Shown piece by piece: positions 11,561 through 24,055 of a stretch of 64,000 bases of DNA; the first letter of the stretch is position 1; every line of letters begins with the position of its first letter. The notes under the pieces are model-generated. The model searched no databases. It worked only from the letters and a program-made list of their open reading frames with translations, and was not told the DNA's origin. The stretch comes from Hydrolagus colliei (lineage: Eukaryota). Location: NCBI GenBank assembly GCA_035084275.1, contig CM068748.1, positions 13,082,001-13,146,000 of the forward strand, in the 5' to 3' direction. A program made the position numbers and the translations under genes.

Positions 11561-14500
11561 AAACAGTTGAGGGAGATTCAACACACCTAAATGTTGTACT
11601 TGAAGAAAATTAAAAGAAAATTTGAAAACATTTGAATCTTAGCCATATTGGGATGTGGACTCCCCCAATATGAGAGATTGATTATTAAAGTGAGAGTTAA
11701 AGTTGAATAAGTTATATGCTTAAAATGGAATTAAACATCTGAAGGATAAAAAGATGTAAGGTAAGATCAGAAATACGTTTTCCTCTGAGCTGAAATTTCT
11801 AGGACTATGATTTACATCTTTCCACTTTTGTCCAGATCAGTTTTATAGCCAGAGAGCTCACAGCCACATTAATACAGACAGCAAATATATCACAAGATCG
11901 ATGTTACAAAAAGCGCCTCATCTGCATAATTCAAAATCTTATAGATAGTATTTGACATTTCTATTCCTCTGATATCCTAATCATCTCAGTCTATCATAAG
12001 GTTAATAGACTCATTGGTTCCGATATTGATGACCTTTATCCCAAATGATGCAAAACTTGGATGAAACTTGGGTTTCAAAAAACAAACTGTTCTCCCTCTA
12101 AAAATAGAAGGGTAAAACAGTTTGGGTTCCATAAGGAAAAGACATATCCGGTCAAATAGAAGATAGCATTCAGCTATTTAACAATATATTTGATTAGAGG
12201 AGAAAGAAAGAAATAGAACATGATTTGAAGAAGAGGAATAACTGGCACCTTTTGGGAAGAAATCACAAACCGAATATGACAAACATCTGCACTAGAGGAC
12301 CACTGATGTCCGACTGAATAAAATTTCTGGCCATGTACAGAGGAAATCAGCCAACCTACCAGTTATTGATTGGGATTCAATTCATTAATATTAATATGAT
12401 AGCACCATGATGGGGTGGTGGGTGGGGGAGGTTGTTTATTTTCTTTCTTTAAAATGTGAACTGCATGATTATGCTGTACGATTGGGGTCATTTTCTCTTC
12501 AGGGCTCAAGACATTTCTAACAGAATCAGCTGATTATCCACTCACTGCAAGACCTCAGTGCAAGACACACACATTCAGCCCACTGTGTCCTTGGAATAAC
12601 CTGATCAAATATGAAGAATTCACAAAGAAATGTTAGAATTATATTTGTCGGTTTGAAAAGGAAAACAGTACACAAAAAAAAAAAAAAAAAATTTCCTCTG
12701 AAATTCTTTCTCAATGAAACCTGCAAGTGTGTGAATGAATTTGTAATGATACTTTGTCAATTTTATTATATGTGTATATGCAAGTAATCAACCTTGAGGT
12801 ACCAGTTCCATGGACGGCTCGTGTCATTTCACACCAGCTGCAACAATAAATGTGGTATTTTAGAATCTTACTTTATAAGCCATTGTGCCCCAAGGAGATG
12901 GGGTACCTATAACAAACCACCCACTCACTGAAGAGCTGAGTTTCGTCCTCCAATACTGGTTTGAAATCAGATTTACATTTTCTTTAACATCTCTTCTACA
13001 ATCCTCGATATTACAGAACAAATTGGTGTCAAGGAATTAAGTTCAAATCATTTAACAATGCCATTCTGAAACTGATTTCAAAGAGCATGATGACAGATGA
13101 GTTCAGAAAAGACCCACCTTCATCTGAAGTATTGATTGGTTCCCATAGATGGCTAAGATTGTCCACAAAATACACACAGTCACATCAACATTCCAGTATA
13201 TCCCGTGAAGCACTTTGGGATGTGCTCCTGATATAAAAGGTGCTTGACAAAATGTAAGGATTATTATACAGTATTAAGATTGGGAGGTCAACAAATGAGA
13301 AATCATGGGTGCTAACCAGTGAACCCACAGCTAATCTCTATTGTCTCACACTAAGCTGTCATCCTCATGTCAGTCTCAGCCTGATGAAATGTAGGCTGAT
13401 AATAACAGAGTCAATTTAGCAGTCCACTGGATATTTATTGCATCAAATGAACCTGATTGTGCTGAAGATGAATCACCATTCCCATTGACACATTTCAGAA
13501 TAATGGCATCTATGAAACCAATTCCATGGCACTAAACTAGCAGTTCTTGAATATCACTGCTGGTTGGCATAATCATTTTAAAACCATCTGGATGTCCAAG
13601 ATTTCTTTTTGTACATCCCTGCACTTAGACATATAAACAGATTCCATGTGTTCAGACGTAGGATTTGCTTCCCTTTAAAGAGAAGGTTGTTGACAAATGG
13701 AACACATTATTATTGCTGTGTCTGCCAAGACACAATCACTAACACACATCCTACTGTTTGTGCTACCAAAATAATCATCTTAGCCTTTGAAGTTGGGCAA
13801 TTTACTTTAGGATTGACTATAAATTAAAGAGATTAACAAGCGATTTCAGAACTAGTTGAGCTGAAAGGTTCCACTGAAAGACTTAGCATCTTACTTCAAA
13901 TAGTTTTTAAACACCATGTTCCGCGTCTTGCTAATTACTACCACGCCTCATTTTTCTTGCATTGCAATTTAAAAGAACAATTACAATTCTTATAAAACTA
14001 CAAGCCTCCTGGCTGCAGGCTTACTCATTGTGACCACGCGGAAACAAAATCCAGCTCAACTTTCAGGTTACAACATTAAGTATCCATCAATAGCAAGTGC
14101 CCAATGAGTATAAGCAGATGACAGTACAATAGGCATGTCCCAGATGATGCAAATGACCAAATTGCACAAGAGCCCAACAGCACATTTTGAGACATTTGTT
14201 ATTCTGTAGAATATCAGTTAGGACATATAATGATTAACAACTTTGACTTTTACTTTCTGTCAGCTGTTTTCAAATCAGGTTCTTGTATCTAAAGAGTATG
14301 AGAGTGTTAAAATCCAGTTAAATTCTAAATTATTGTGTAGATTGCCCTCAGTACATTAACTTATTGCATAATAAAAGTTTCAAATTGGTTCATGTTTTGT
14401 GTCAGTTAATTGAAACCAAGGTTACAACTGCATTTCATTATGGTGTATTAAAAGCAAAACGTTATGACTCACACCCCAAATATTTCATAGCCATGTAGAT

Positions 14501-14909
14501 CTAGTTCACAATTTTTTTAAAACGATGCAGTTATAAAGAATAAAACTGGCAGCTCGATTGTCCAGGATCTTGGTGAATTACTATACTGAGCTCTGATGTG
14601 ACAGCAATTAGTTTCAAGTTTACAACTTAACATACTTACTCATTCCCAGTTGACTTCAGGGAAGGAAGGGAGACTATGAAAAAAAACTTAGAGCAAGAAT
14701 TGGTGTTTGTAGCAGATATATTGTCATATAGGTTACATTATTCCCTCATGGTGGAGCATTAAGTATTGAACTCAGATTTTCAGACTATACTTTTCCTGAT
14801 GGTTCCAGCAACAGAGCTGAAAACATTTTAGTCTTACATCCCCTTCGCACAACATAAAATGACTTAACTCATAATTTAGCACATAGCTTCAGATTTGGGT
14901 GTTAATCAT

Positions 14910-15307
14910 AAATTCTAACATTCCATCAATAGGTTCTTATAGTAAATAGAATGGCAATGATCGGATGCATCCATTGCACCATTTAGCCTTGCTGTAGCCC
15001 AGGGAATTTACAGTAAATGTATGGGTACTGTATTCAGCAACAGAATAGTTCATCTTACCCAACCTTGACTGAAAAGGACTTAACGACTTTCTGGAGTTCA
15101 GTCATGCTATGGTGGAACCTTTTAACTATTATAAATCATTACATTCAAGTTGAATAACAAGGAGTAATCTTTAGATACCAGTCACATGCAGTGTGAGATG
15201 GATATTGGGTGTCCCTGGGCTGCAGCAAGACTAAATAGTGCAATGGATGCATCCGATCATTGGCATTCTGTTTGCTATAAGAACCTAATGATGGAATGTT
15301 AGAATTT
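14910..15307. repeat. Long inverted repeat: 96-bp arms, 206-bp spacer
   Basis: 14910-15005 matches the reverse complement of 15212-15307 at 89 of 96 positions without gaps (manual alignment). Confidence 0.95.
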
Positions 15308-15989
15308 GTAACATTGTGATTACAATGGGCCCCATTCATTCAAATGTTTCATTACTTACTCCACATACTTACATGTCAAGGCCTGTAACTGATTATTATT
15401 GCTGAAACTTTGTTTTTAAAAAACTCAGCATTTACACATATGGATCAAATCTGCATCAACACTTCCAATCATTTTGCAGTTGGCCGCTTTTTATTTACAT
15501 GGTTCCCTTGATGCCCAACAATATGCACGCAATTGGAGTACAAATTGTTCCCAGGCGATGTCAGCTTTAAGGAAGCAGTAAGAAACCATGGGGAAATTCA
15601 ATTCACTGAGTCTGCTATCTTGTTTGTATAATTGACTTGCCCAGTAATTGGAGAAAGCTTTCTAATTCAAATGTTATGAAATTAAGCCACACATCCCAAT
15701 CACTGCCTTTCGATGCAAGCTACAAACCATTTTATCTGACCTTAATCAAATTTATTTCATCCCTAATTGTCATCTGATAATAGAGTATAATCTGCATCTA
15801 TTTCCTGTGTTGTGGAAATATCCCACACTTTAAAGACCAGTGTATGAAAGGAGTAAGAGGCAACATAATCAGGCATGATGAGCAAAGCTGTCTAAAATGA
15901 AGACAATTCTGCTACTTTGACCTGATACATTCATCTCACGCTCTGGAACTCCTAGTCTGAATACTATTTTTGAAGCTCTGAATCTAAAA

Positions 15990-16901
15990 TGAAAACTTAA
16001 AACTATTTTAAAGGTGTTTGGGAACAGAGAAATCTGAGGGCGCACATACACAGGTCTTGAAGGTGGCAGAGAGTACAAAGGCAAGAAAGTTCCTCTAAAC
16101 CTTTATGTCATTGGTTACTTCTCAGTTGGAGTGTAGTGTCCAATTCTGTGCACCTTAAGATAGCAAGCATATCAATCCTCCATCTGGCAGTCCTTCCGCC
16201 TTGCTTCCTCCCTTTCCTTCATCTTCGACCACACCTTTGGCTGCCTCACTAACTCTTCCCTCTCTCCCACTCTCCTTCCCCCTTCTTCGACCCTCGCCCG
16301 CCCAACCCCCACCCACCCCCACTCAGGTCCCGACCAGACTGTTCAATGCTTTGGGATGTCCTCCCAACGTGAAAAGCGCTATATAAGTGCAATTTTGTTG
16401 TTGTTGTATCAAGGTCTTGGAGGAGCTGCAGGTAGAGATTCATCGGAATTGTATCAGGGTTTCAAAACTTCAGTTATGTGGAGAGAATAGAGAAGTTGGG
16501 ATTGTTCTCCTTTGAGCTGAGAAGCTTAAAAATGTTCAAAATTATGAGGGGATTTGATATAGTAGATAGGGAGAAACTGTTTCCGCTGGCAGGTGGGTCA
16601 GTAACCAGAGGATAGATTCAAGATAATTGGAAAAAGAATCAGAGAGATGAGATGAGGATTATTATTCTACATACAGAGAGTTGTTATTTTCTGAAATGCA
16701 TTACCTGAAAGACTGGTGGAGACAGATTCAATAACAACTTTCAAAAGGGAATTAGATAGGTACTTGTAAGGACACATTTGCAAGCATATGGGGAAAGAGT
16801 GGGGGAGTGAGTGGAACTGATTGGCTACCTCTTCCAAAGAGCCAGCACAGGTACAGTGGGCCAAATGGCCCAATTTCCATGATGTAATTTTCTATGATTC
16901 T
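15990..16901 (+). mobile_element. CR1 LINE 3' portion interrupted by an L2 fragment
   Basis: Decayed ORF2 reads SKHIKVLEELQ across the junction, then FSYVERIEKLGLFSFE and DREKLFPL; ends in the CR1 tail TTCTATGATTCTA. Confidence 0.9.
16176..16406 (+). mobile_element. L2 3' fragment inserted into the CR1, TSD TATCAA
   Basis: Pyrimidine-rich L2 3'UTR ending GTGAAAAGCGCTATATAAGTGCAATTTTGTTGTTGTTG; TATCAA at 16170-16175 and 16407-16412. Confidence 0.88.
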
Positions 16902-17349
16902 ACAAATCAATAGGACACAATAGAAGTAATGCTGCCTGAAGTCGATATCTTTGTGCTGAAAACTGCTTTCTAAAGCCTTTCCTCCTTTTTGGACTGAGAA
17001 CAGTGTTGTGAGATATGACACATATCTACAGTGATCATTAAACATCATTGTTCTCCAGGGATGTAATTGATGTTGCGTGCTGTTGTCAGGTTCAAGTAAT
17101 GCATCCACTAAACAGTTACTTGAATGGTTATGTGAGAACATTATTGGAGGGTCATTTGGGTAATTACGATCACTCGGAGGAACTATAAGGCAAACCCAAT
17201 GCTATAATCCATGTCCCAAGAATTAAATGAATAAAATGCCTGAACTGGAATTTTGAAAGACATCCCATTGTCTCTCCAGGAATAAAACCTGTGAGGGATG
17301 GGGAGAAAGAGAAACAAATTTCATGTGCTGCCTCATCATTTCCTCCAAT

Positions 17350-17610
17350 GTGCCAGTTTGGCTCAGGTGGGTTTTGCCTTTGGGTCAAAAGTTTTAGTGT
17401 TTCAGTTCCACATTAAAACTTAAGTTCATAATCTAACCTAAAACTCATTGCAATAGTGAAGGACTGCTGCGTTGTTGCGGGTATCGCTTTTTGGTAAGGC
17501 AATATACTAAGGTTATTGCCTTAGAACTAAGGTTCATTTCTCTGTTATGGAGGATATCTAAGATACAGTGGCAGAAGCAGTGAATTCATCTGATGTGCTG
17601 GCCAATAAAA
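17350..17610 (+). mobile_element. Long Deu-domain SINE (family B), degenerate
   Basis: Head GTGCCAGTTTGGCTCAGGTGG...GGGTCAAAAG, a core-like segment, and TGTGCTGGCCAATA. Confidence 0.65.
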
Positions 17611-18792
17611 GAATGTACTGAAATAATTACTGAAGGTAGTTTATCAAGATGGTTCATAACCAAAAATTTAAGACTTGTTCATAAAATTATCCTCCCTGAG
17701 ACTGTGAAGATTAGAAGTGCATGAAGCCAAGAGAATTGAGCAAATTACAATACTGTATAAACATTATACTACCAGGACATTTAAGGAGATAAATGACTGA
17801 ATACTGGACACGTGATTTGATTTTTTTTGTATCCAAAACCAAACTGAGATTTCTATGCCTCCCACGTACACATAGATTGTGGGAACCCGAATATTCAGTG
17901 ACCCTTACAGACATTAAATGAAAATGCAATGGAAAGAATGCCTCCAGTCAAATTACATTATGCTGTGAAACAACTTGTGTTGTTCCTAGGTGTGTAAAGA
18001 TGGGCTTTTCAATTTTTTCAAGTGCATTCAAGTCAGAAATTAACAAATACAAAGTGTGCTTCATATATTACCATTTAATTTGTCGACCGAACCTCTGACA
18101 TATCTGCTGCACTATTCTCATTACCCCCACAACTGTAATTCAAAACCTCTACAAAGCTCAGTTCAGCCACACACACCCCACCACTCCCTGGTAAAATTGA
18201 AAAATGTTAATACATTACACTACAGAATACACAGATAAATTGCCAGTAGTGGGTTTAGCATTTGAGATAAAGGATCGCTGAAAAACTTACTTAAATGAAC
18301 TTTTGGATTATTGCCAACTAATAAACAAACTTGTACATTTATAGCGTCTTATCATGGTAAAACATCTTAAAGCATTTCACAAGTAATTATTGTCAAGTGT
18401 ACCGACTTTTTTGAAAGCAAACATTTTTGTAGAATCCATCATTTATCTTGCATGAAGACAGTTACAATAGTAGTTCTGTTATGCATGTAGATATACATCT
18501 TCCTGAAGCAAAGGCTGTTCATTGAAGTAAATAGATACAGGAGTATATAAAAGCTTTCAATATCACTAACAGCCCTTTCTGACATAATGGTGCTGATGGT
18601 GGAACAAATGCAATTTTCAGCAGCAAGTTAAACAAGATTAATTCTGTGCAAATACGATTTGTTGAACGGCAGTTTGCATGGTAACGAACAAGTTTTTCTG
18701 GAAAGTCATGTTTGCAGTCTATCCAATCTGGTTTTAAGTATAGAAGAAAATAGTTTAAACACCTTACAGGTTATGTAGAAATTGCGTTGTAG

Positions 18793-19124
18793 TAGGGTCC
18801 GTTGATATGGAAATTTTCCGATATCGATATATCGGTGGGCTCATATCGATATATACCAATATACCAATATATCGATATCGGCGGGTTTTTTTGTACTGCG
18901 CATGCGCATGCATTCGGAGGTGCGCGCGCATTCAGAGGTACACGCGCATTCCGGTGTGTGCGCGCATTCCGATATTCGCGCACATACACGATATACCAAT
19001 ATTTGCAATATATCGATTTTTTAATATACAACATTTTTCGATATACCGATATATTTGAATTTCCAATATCGGCATATCAATATGAAAAATTATATCGATA
19101 TAACCGATATATCGCCGGACACTA
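18793..19124. mobile_element. Non-autonomous hAT-type DNA transposon (MITE)
   Basis: Imperfect TIRs TAGGGTCCGTTGATAT / ATATCGCCGGACACTA; 8-bp TSD CGTTGTAG (18785-18792) versus CTTTGTAG (19125-19132); many subterminal CGATAT/ATATCG motifs. Confidence 0.88.
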
Positions 19125-19879
19125 CTTTGTAGTCAGATGCAGTAAGAAAGAAACAGGATCGAAGTTGGTCTATCCAAAACTGAGTGGTAGCTAGCTGGAT
19201 TCTGGTTTGTTTCCCCTTCACCCCTAGTGAGGTTGAGACTTCTTCACCTTATAAGAAATTGTGCAGTAAAACAAGTCTCATCACCCTTTGGTACAGCACA
19301 GTGTATCTAGAGTAAGTACACTGGAACTATTTATTTGTCAACCAACATCATTTAAATTTTCCAATTCAGCACCAAGGCAAATACTCAACGTTTTGTTTCA
19401 ATCATATGAAGGCAACAGCTCACCTTCTGATTGAATCACCAAAAATTCAGAACATACATCAAGAAACCAGTGGTAAAACTAAGACGATCTAAAAAGGAAA
19501 CACTGATTTTTTTAATGGAAACACTTTCCGAATGCTTTTTCCGAATACCGATAAGATCTGTCTTTGTATCCTGTAGCTGTGAAACTGATCAGCAGGGCTC
19601 ATAACCTCTGCTAATTTCATCAATAAACCGCAAGCCATACTTCATAATTCAACAATGACATGTCTCTATTTCAGAAGTGTTTGTCAATAATACACACAAA
19701 ACGAGACAGATCCACTGAACAGAGAACTGTGTCAAAGCCAATCAAACAGGTAGGTGTTATAGAGCCTTGTTTCATATCATCAGTAGATCAAAAAGAGGCA
19801 AGCAAATAGACTTCAATGCATATGGATCTTTTAGATACAACAACATCAAGAATATCATCCATAGAGCATACTCCAACTT

Positions 19880-20040
19880 GTTTATATATTTGCTTCTTGA
19901 AGGTGTAGGTCACGTCTCTCTCAATCTTAATTTCCCTCAGGGAAAAAAAACACTTAAGGTCTGCAAGTCTCTGTTTATTCAAAGGTTAGAATACTGGAAT
20001 CACCCTGATCACTCTTCTCTGAGCTCTCATCAATACTTCA
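19880..20040 (-). mobile_element. Old CR1 ORF2 fragment
   Basis: Minus strand reads ERAQRRVIRVIP..QRLADLKCFFSL, similar to CR1 ERVQRRATRMIP..ERL.EL.LFSL. Confidence 0.6.
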
Positions 20041-20105
20041 ATGACTTTTCATCCATAATTGCATATTGGAAACTGTTACCTCACCAGGAATCCACAGAAG
20101 CTTAG

Positions 20106-20437
20106 AATAATAATAATAATAATCCTTGCATTTGATATAGCGCTTTCCACATCTTATCAACGTCCCAAAGTGCTTCACAGAATACACTGTAAAGTGAATT
20201 GACTGTATATATTTGTGGGCGAATCGCAGCAGCCAATTGCGCACAGCAGTGTCCCACACACAGTCGTGGATTGAAGTGACCAATTTTATTATTGTGATTT
20301 TTTGTGGAGGGATTATTATTAGGCGTGTGGAGTAAGGAAACTTGCCCAAGGTTTCGCCCTGACCTGCCTGGATTCGAACACAGGTCTCCCCAGCTTGCAA
20401 GACAAGTGCTCTAACCACTGAGCCACAGGAGCTCTAC
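20106..20437 (-). mobile_element. Full-length family A SINE
   Basis: tRNA-like head (GTGGCTCAGTGGTTAGAGCA..GTTCGAATCC), body and (TTA)n tail; retains many CpGs, so likely young. Confidence 0.93.
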
Positions 20438-23271
20438 AATGGGTTCAGGGTTCAGTCAGAAGGCCAGGAAATACTGTACATTGTACTTGATTCAACGTGG
20501 TCACAGCAAGCTCACATGTGACTTCCAGATTGTGAAACAAGCATCTCACACACTACACCATTGGATTACTAATTCAGAATCACTGTCATCTTTTGAAATC
20601 CCGGGCTGCAGAATGAACAAATAGGTGAATGAACACAAGTAGCTGTGAGTCAGCTGAAACAAATTGGTTTTGATTAAATGAAGGGAAGAGTGAATAATGC
20701 ATATAAAGGAATGACTTTCCACATTAGATCTTCAGATTAAAACGTTTGTGCAAAAATGGAGATGTTTCCTATTCATCATTGCTGCCTCCATCAATATTCG
20801 CAAAGCAACACAGGCACTTGGCAGGTGTCTTGATCGATTGAGACGATTGTATTGCAGTGAGGAGCGCATTTTTCCTGGAGGACAGTGGCAGCATCGGGGA
20901 AAGAAACTGGCAGAAGTTTCGAGGAGGGACTCAGAGGCATTGAAGCAGGCTGGATCTTGAGGGAAATTACCAGTCGTATTCGATTAGAATTAGTTTTTAA
21001 GGAGAGAGAAGGTTATTGCTATATCGCACTATGTTTTCTCTTTATTACTATTTATTTCCTGCCACAGTCCAGCATGTCCTGCTGTTGCATTGAGCCCCAC
21101 ATCCTTTCATTTTGCTACCAAGGGTAAACAATGAGTGTGATCACTTCAGTCCAAAAGTGCATCAGAGGACGCAATAATCAGTCAGAAATGCAGGAGGTAA
21201 AATTAAACCAAGTGAACACATTATGATAGACTGGCTGCTGTTGCTGCCCATAAGTGGATTAATGCTGTTTGCTTGAGTCAAATCCAAGAATGTAATGTCA
21301 GTTTCTGATTTAATCTTCAGTAAGTACAAAATGGATTAAATCCTGTATGTTTATTGTGATTAATGGGCATGCATTTGTGAAAACAAAGATTAAAACAGAC
21401 GACCAGTTTACAACTTGAAGAGAAACTAACCTCCAGTGGTGAAGTCATTTATCTGACTACATAATTTATTCCTTAAGTATGCATAATGTTTCTTAACCAT
21501 TTTATTTGCAGCTTCCTTTGTTCATCTATTTAAGGCCAGTTGTGGTACCATTCTATTTTTCCAGTTAAGATTTAAGTGTTTATAATGTGATCGCCAAAAC
21601 CTCGCTACTTATGGTCTCACTTCTACGCCTTCACTCAGAAATTCAATGTGAGAGATTTCTACAGAGAGACCAACAGTCAGGGATCTCTTGTTTCTTAACG
21701 ACTAAAAATGACAATCCCTTTGCTTGATCATGATGGGAGGTAAACACCCGCCTGATTTTAAACATCTATTTTGTATTTTTCCTAAGGGCTGCCTCAACTT
21801 TATTTCGGGGTCAAACAGGCAATCAAGTAACCAGTAACCAGAGGAAGCCAAGCTAGAAGAAGTTTCGCAAGTGTATCTATTAGTAAAACACTCATCAACG
21901 GAGCTCCGTATATGTTTTCACTGTGTCAGCATAGCTTGGTTTTACTATTTTATGTTCCCACGGTTTGAAAAATAAGTAAAGCCTGATCGTGTGGCTCTCG
22001 ATGACTCAGTTAAGAAAAAGAAAAAGAGATGGACATACCTGCAAAATTCATTTGTTTTCGCCCAGGCCAGGATCAGGACTCAGTCAAGCAATTAAATGAT
22101 TGTGAAACACTCAACAGTTTGAGCAGTCAATATTTAAGCCAATTTTTCTCAGGCCACTGTGGTGCTGGTAACTATAACTATTTGCTTCTCCTTGGATAAT
22201 TCTTAAGGCTGCTGACTCAAAATGCAGATGAATTTTCCACAGTTAGCAGCAGTCTTTCAGCCTTCCACATGTGAGCATCAATGGGTATCTCACCTGACTC
22301 CAATGCTACATTCACCTATCAGCCACCATATACACACTCCAGCAATTCCCACCAGAAACAGCAAACCATGCTTTTTACCCACCCGAGTAAAAGTTAAATT
22401 TGGGTGCCCAGGCCGCCTTCCTCTTTCAAACACCTTCTCACACCAGAGTAGCAACAAATGTCTGTTAACCACAGTAAAACAGCTACTTAATATCTGTTTT
22501 TAAGCTGCATAATTTTCCCTTTCAACACACAGTTAAAATAATGGCATTCCGACACTTCCCTCAATGCACTATTGCACTGAAAATTAGAAGTTAAACGGTC
22601 GTTTCTGGGGCTTTTTGTATGTGTCCTTACCAAGGTGAAAACTGATGGTGCTGGGGGACAGAGCATTCATTTCACTTTACACCGAGTGAAAGCAACGAGC
22701 ATTTCCTAATTCAGGTGCATCAGTCACGATGCAACACGGAGCTCCCCACTCCATTACCTCAGCTCAGTGCCTAAACCTTAACGTCTGTGAATTGCCCAAT
22801 GTGGCATTTCCATTTCCCACACACAACTCCCTGATGACCCACAGCAGCTCTCAGAATGAAATTGCTAATGAGTCCCATTCGTGTTGCATTCGAGGACATT
22901 TTTGTGCAGTGAACTCGGGTCCCCAACTGGGAATACTGTAGATTGATACTGCCCAACCTCATTTCATTAATAGGACACTTGAAACCTCAGAGAGAGAGGG
23001 AGTGCGTTGGGGCTGGATTTAAATTGGAGACCCAATTGCAAGTGTTCTAACCCATCCGGAATGGTCCATTCAGAATCTCTGTAATAGACTTTTGATAGTT
23101 TCAATCATGGTTGCAACAGGAATACTACAGATGAAAATGTACAGTTCTATCTTAATCTTCACACAAAACACTATTCTGTAAAATAATTATTCTCGTCATT
23201 TTCGTGCAATGCTGCAAGCTAATATAGAAGCGTAGTTGGATTCTGACAAATGTTGACACTTAGAGCAGTAT

Positions 23272-23569
23272 TAATAATAATAATAAAATCCTTGCAATTG
23301 GTACAGCACTTTTCACCTCTTTTAGACATCTCAAAGCACTTCACAAATTGAATTGACTGTATATTTTGTGGGCGAAATGCGGCAGCCAATTGTGCACAGC
23401 AGTGCCCCACAAACAGTCTTCGATTGAAATGATCAATTAAAAAAAATTAGAAATTATTATCAGGCAGTGGAATGAAGAAATTTGCCCAAGGTTTTGTCCT
23501 GCCTGAAATCAAACCCAGATCTCTCATTTGCAAGGCGAGTGCTCTAACCACTGAGCTACAGGTCTCCAC
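23272..23569 (-). mobile_element. Full-length family A SINE
   Basis: Same head, body and tail as 20106-20437. Confidence 0.92.
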
Positions 23570-24039
23570 ATGCTTAGATGAAGACAAAATTAAACCATTT
23601 ATAATATTAAATTGACTCACTTTTAATAATTGTACCTCAATCAAATTAATCCTCAGAACTAAGACTACGTGGGGTCCACCTATGTCTGAGGAGCCGCATC
23701 TGGTAATGTAACGCAGTGCTGATCATTTATCAGTCTTTGTGGAACATGAGGTTTGTTTATGGGGTACTCAAAACCATAAGTCAAAAACTCTAGTCGGTAT
23801 TTGGACAAGTACAGTGCTGTATAGTTAACTATATAAAGACATAAAGATGAAAAAAATAAAATTGAGACTTTTTTAAGGATTGGTTAATAATTCCAAACAG
23901 AAGTTGGGAAATTGCTTTTGAAGAGTATACTTTCCTTCACAAGGTGGGCCCATTGTTTGAAAATTCCTCAATGTTGAAGGAAAGCTGTGATTTGAGAGCG
24001 CCTTAACTGGGATTTTGTGCCACTTGTGAAGTGCTATGA

Positions 24040-24055
24040 TGACATCTAGTGGCCA
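24040..24055 (-). promoter_or_regulatory. Candidate CTCF site
   Basis: Minus strand TGGCCACTAGATGTCA closely matches the CCACYAGRKGGCR core; motif match only. Confidence 0.4.

Noticed and set aside
18771-19194. Three overlapping ORFs of 83-130 aa
   Set aside because: They lie over the MITE, whose CGATAT repeats lack stop codons; the peptides are low-complexity I/Y/R/D.
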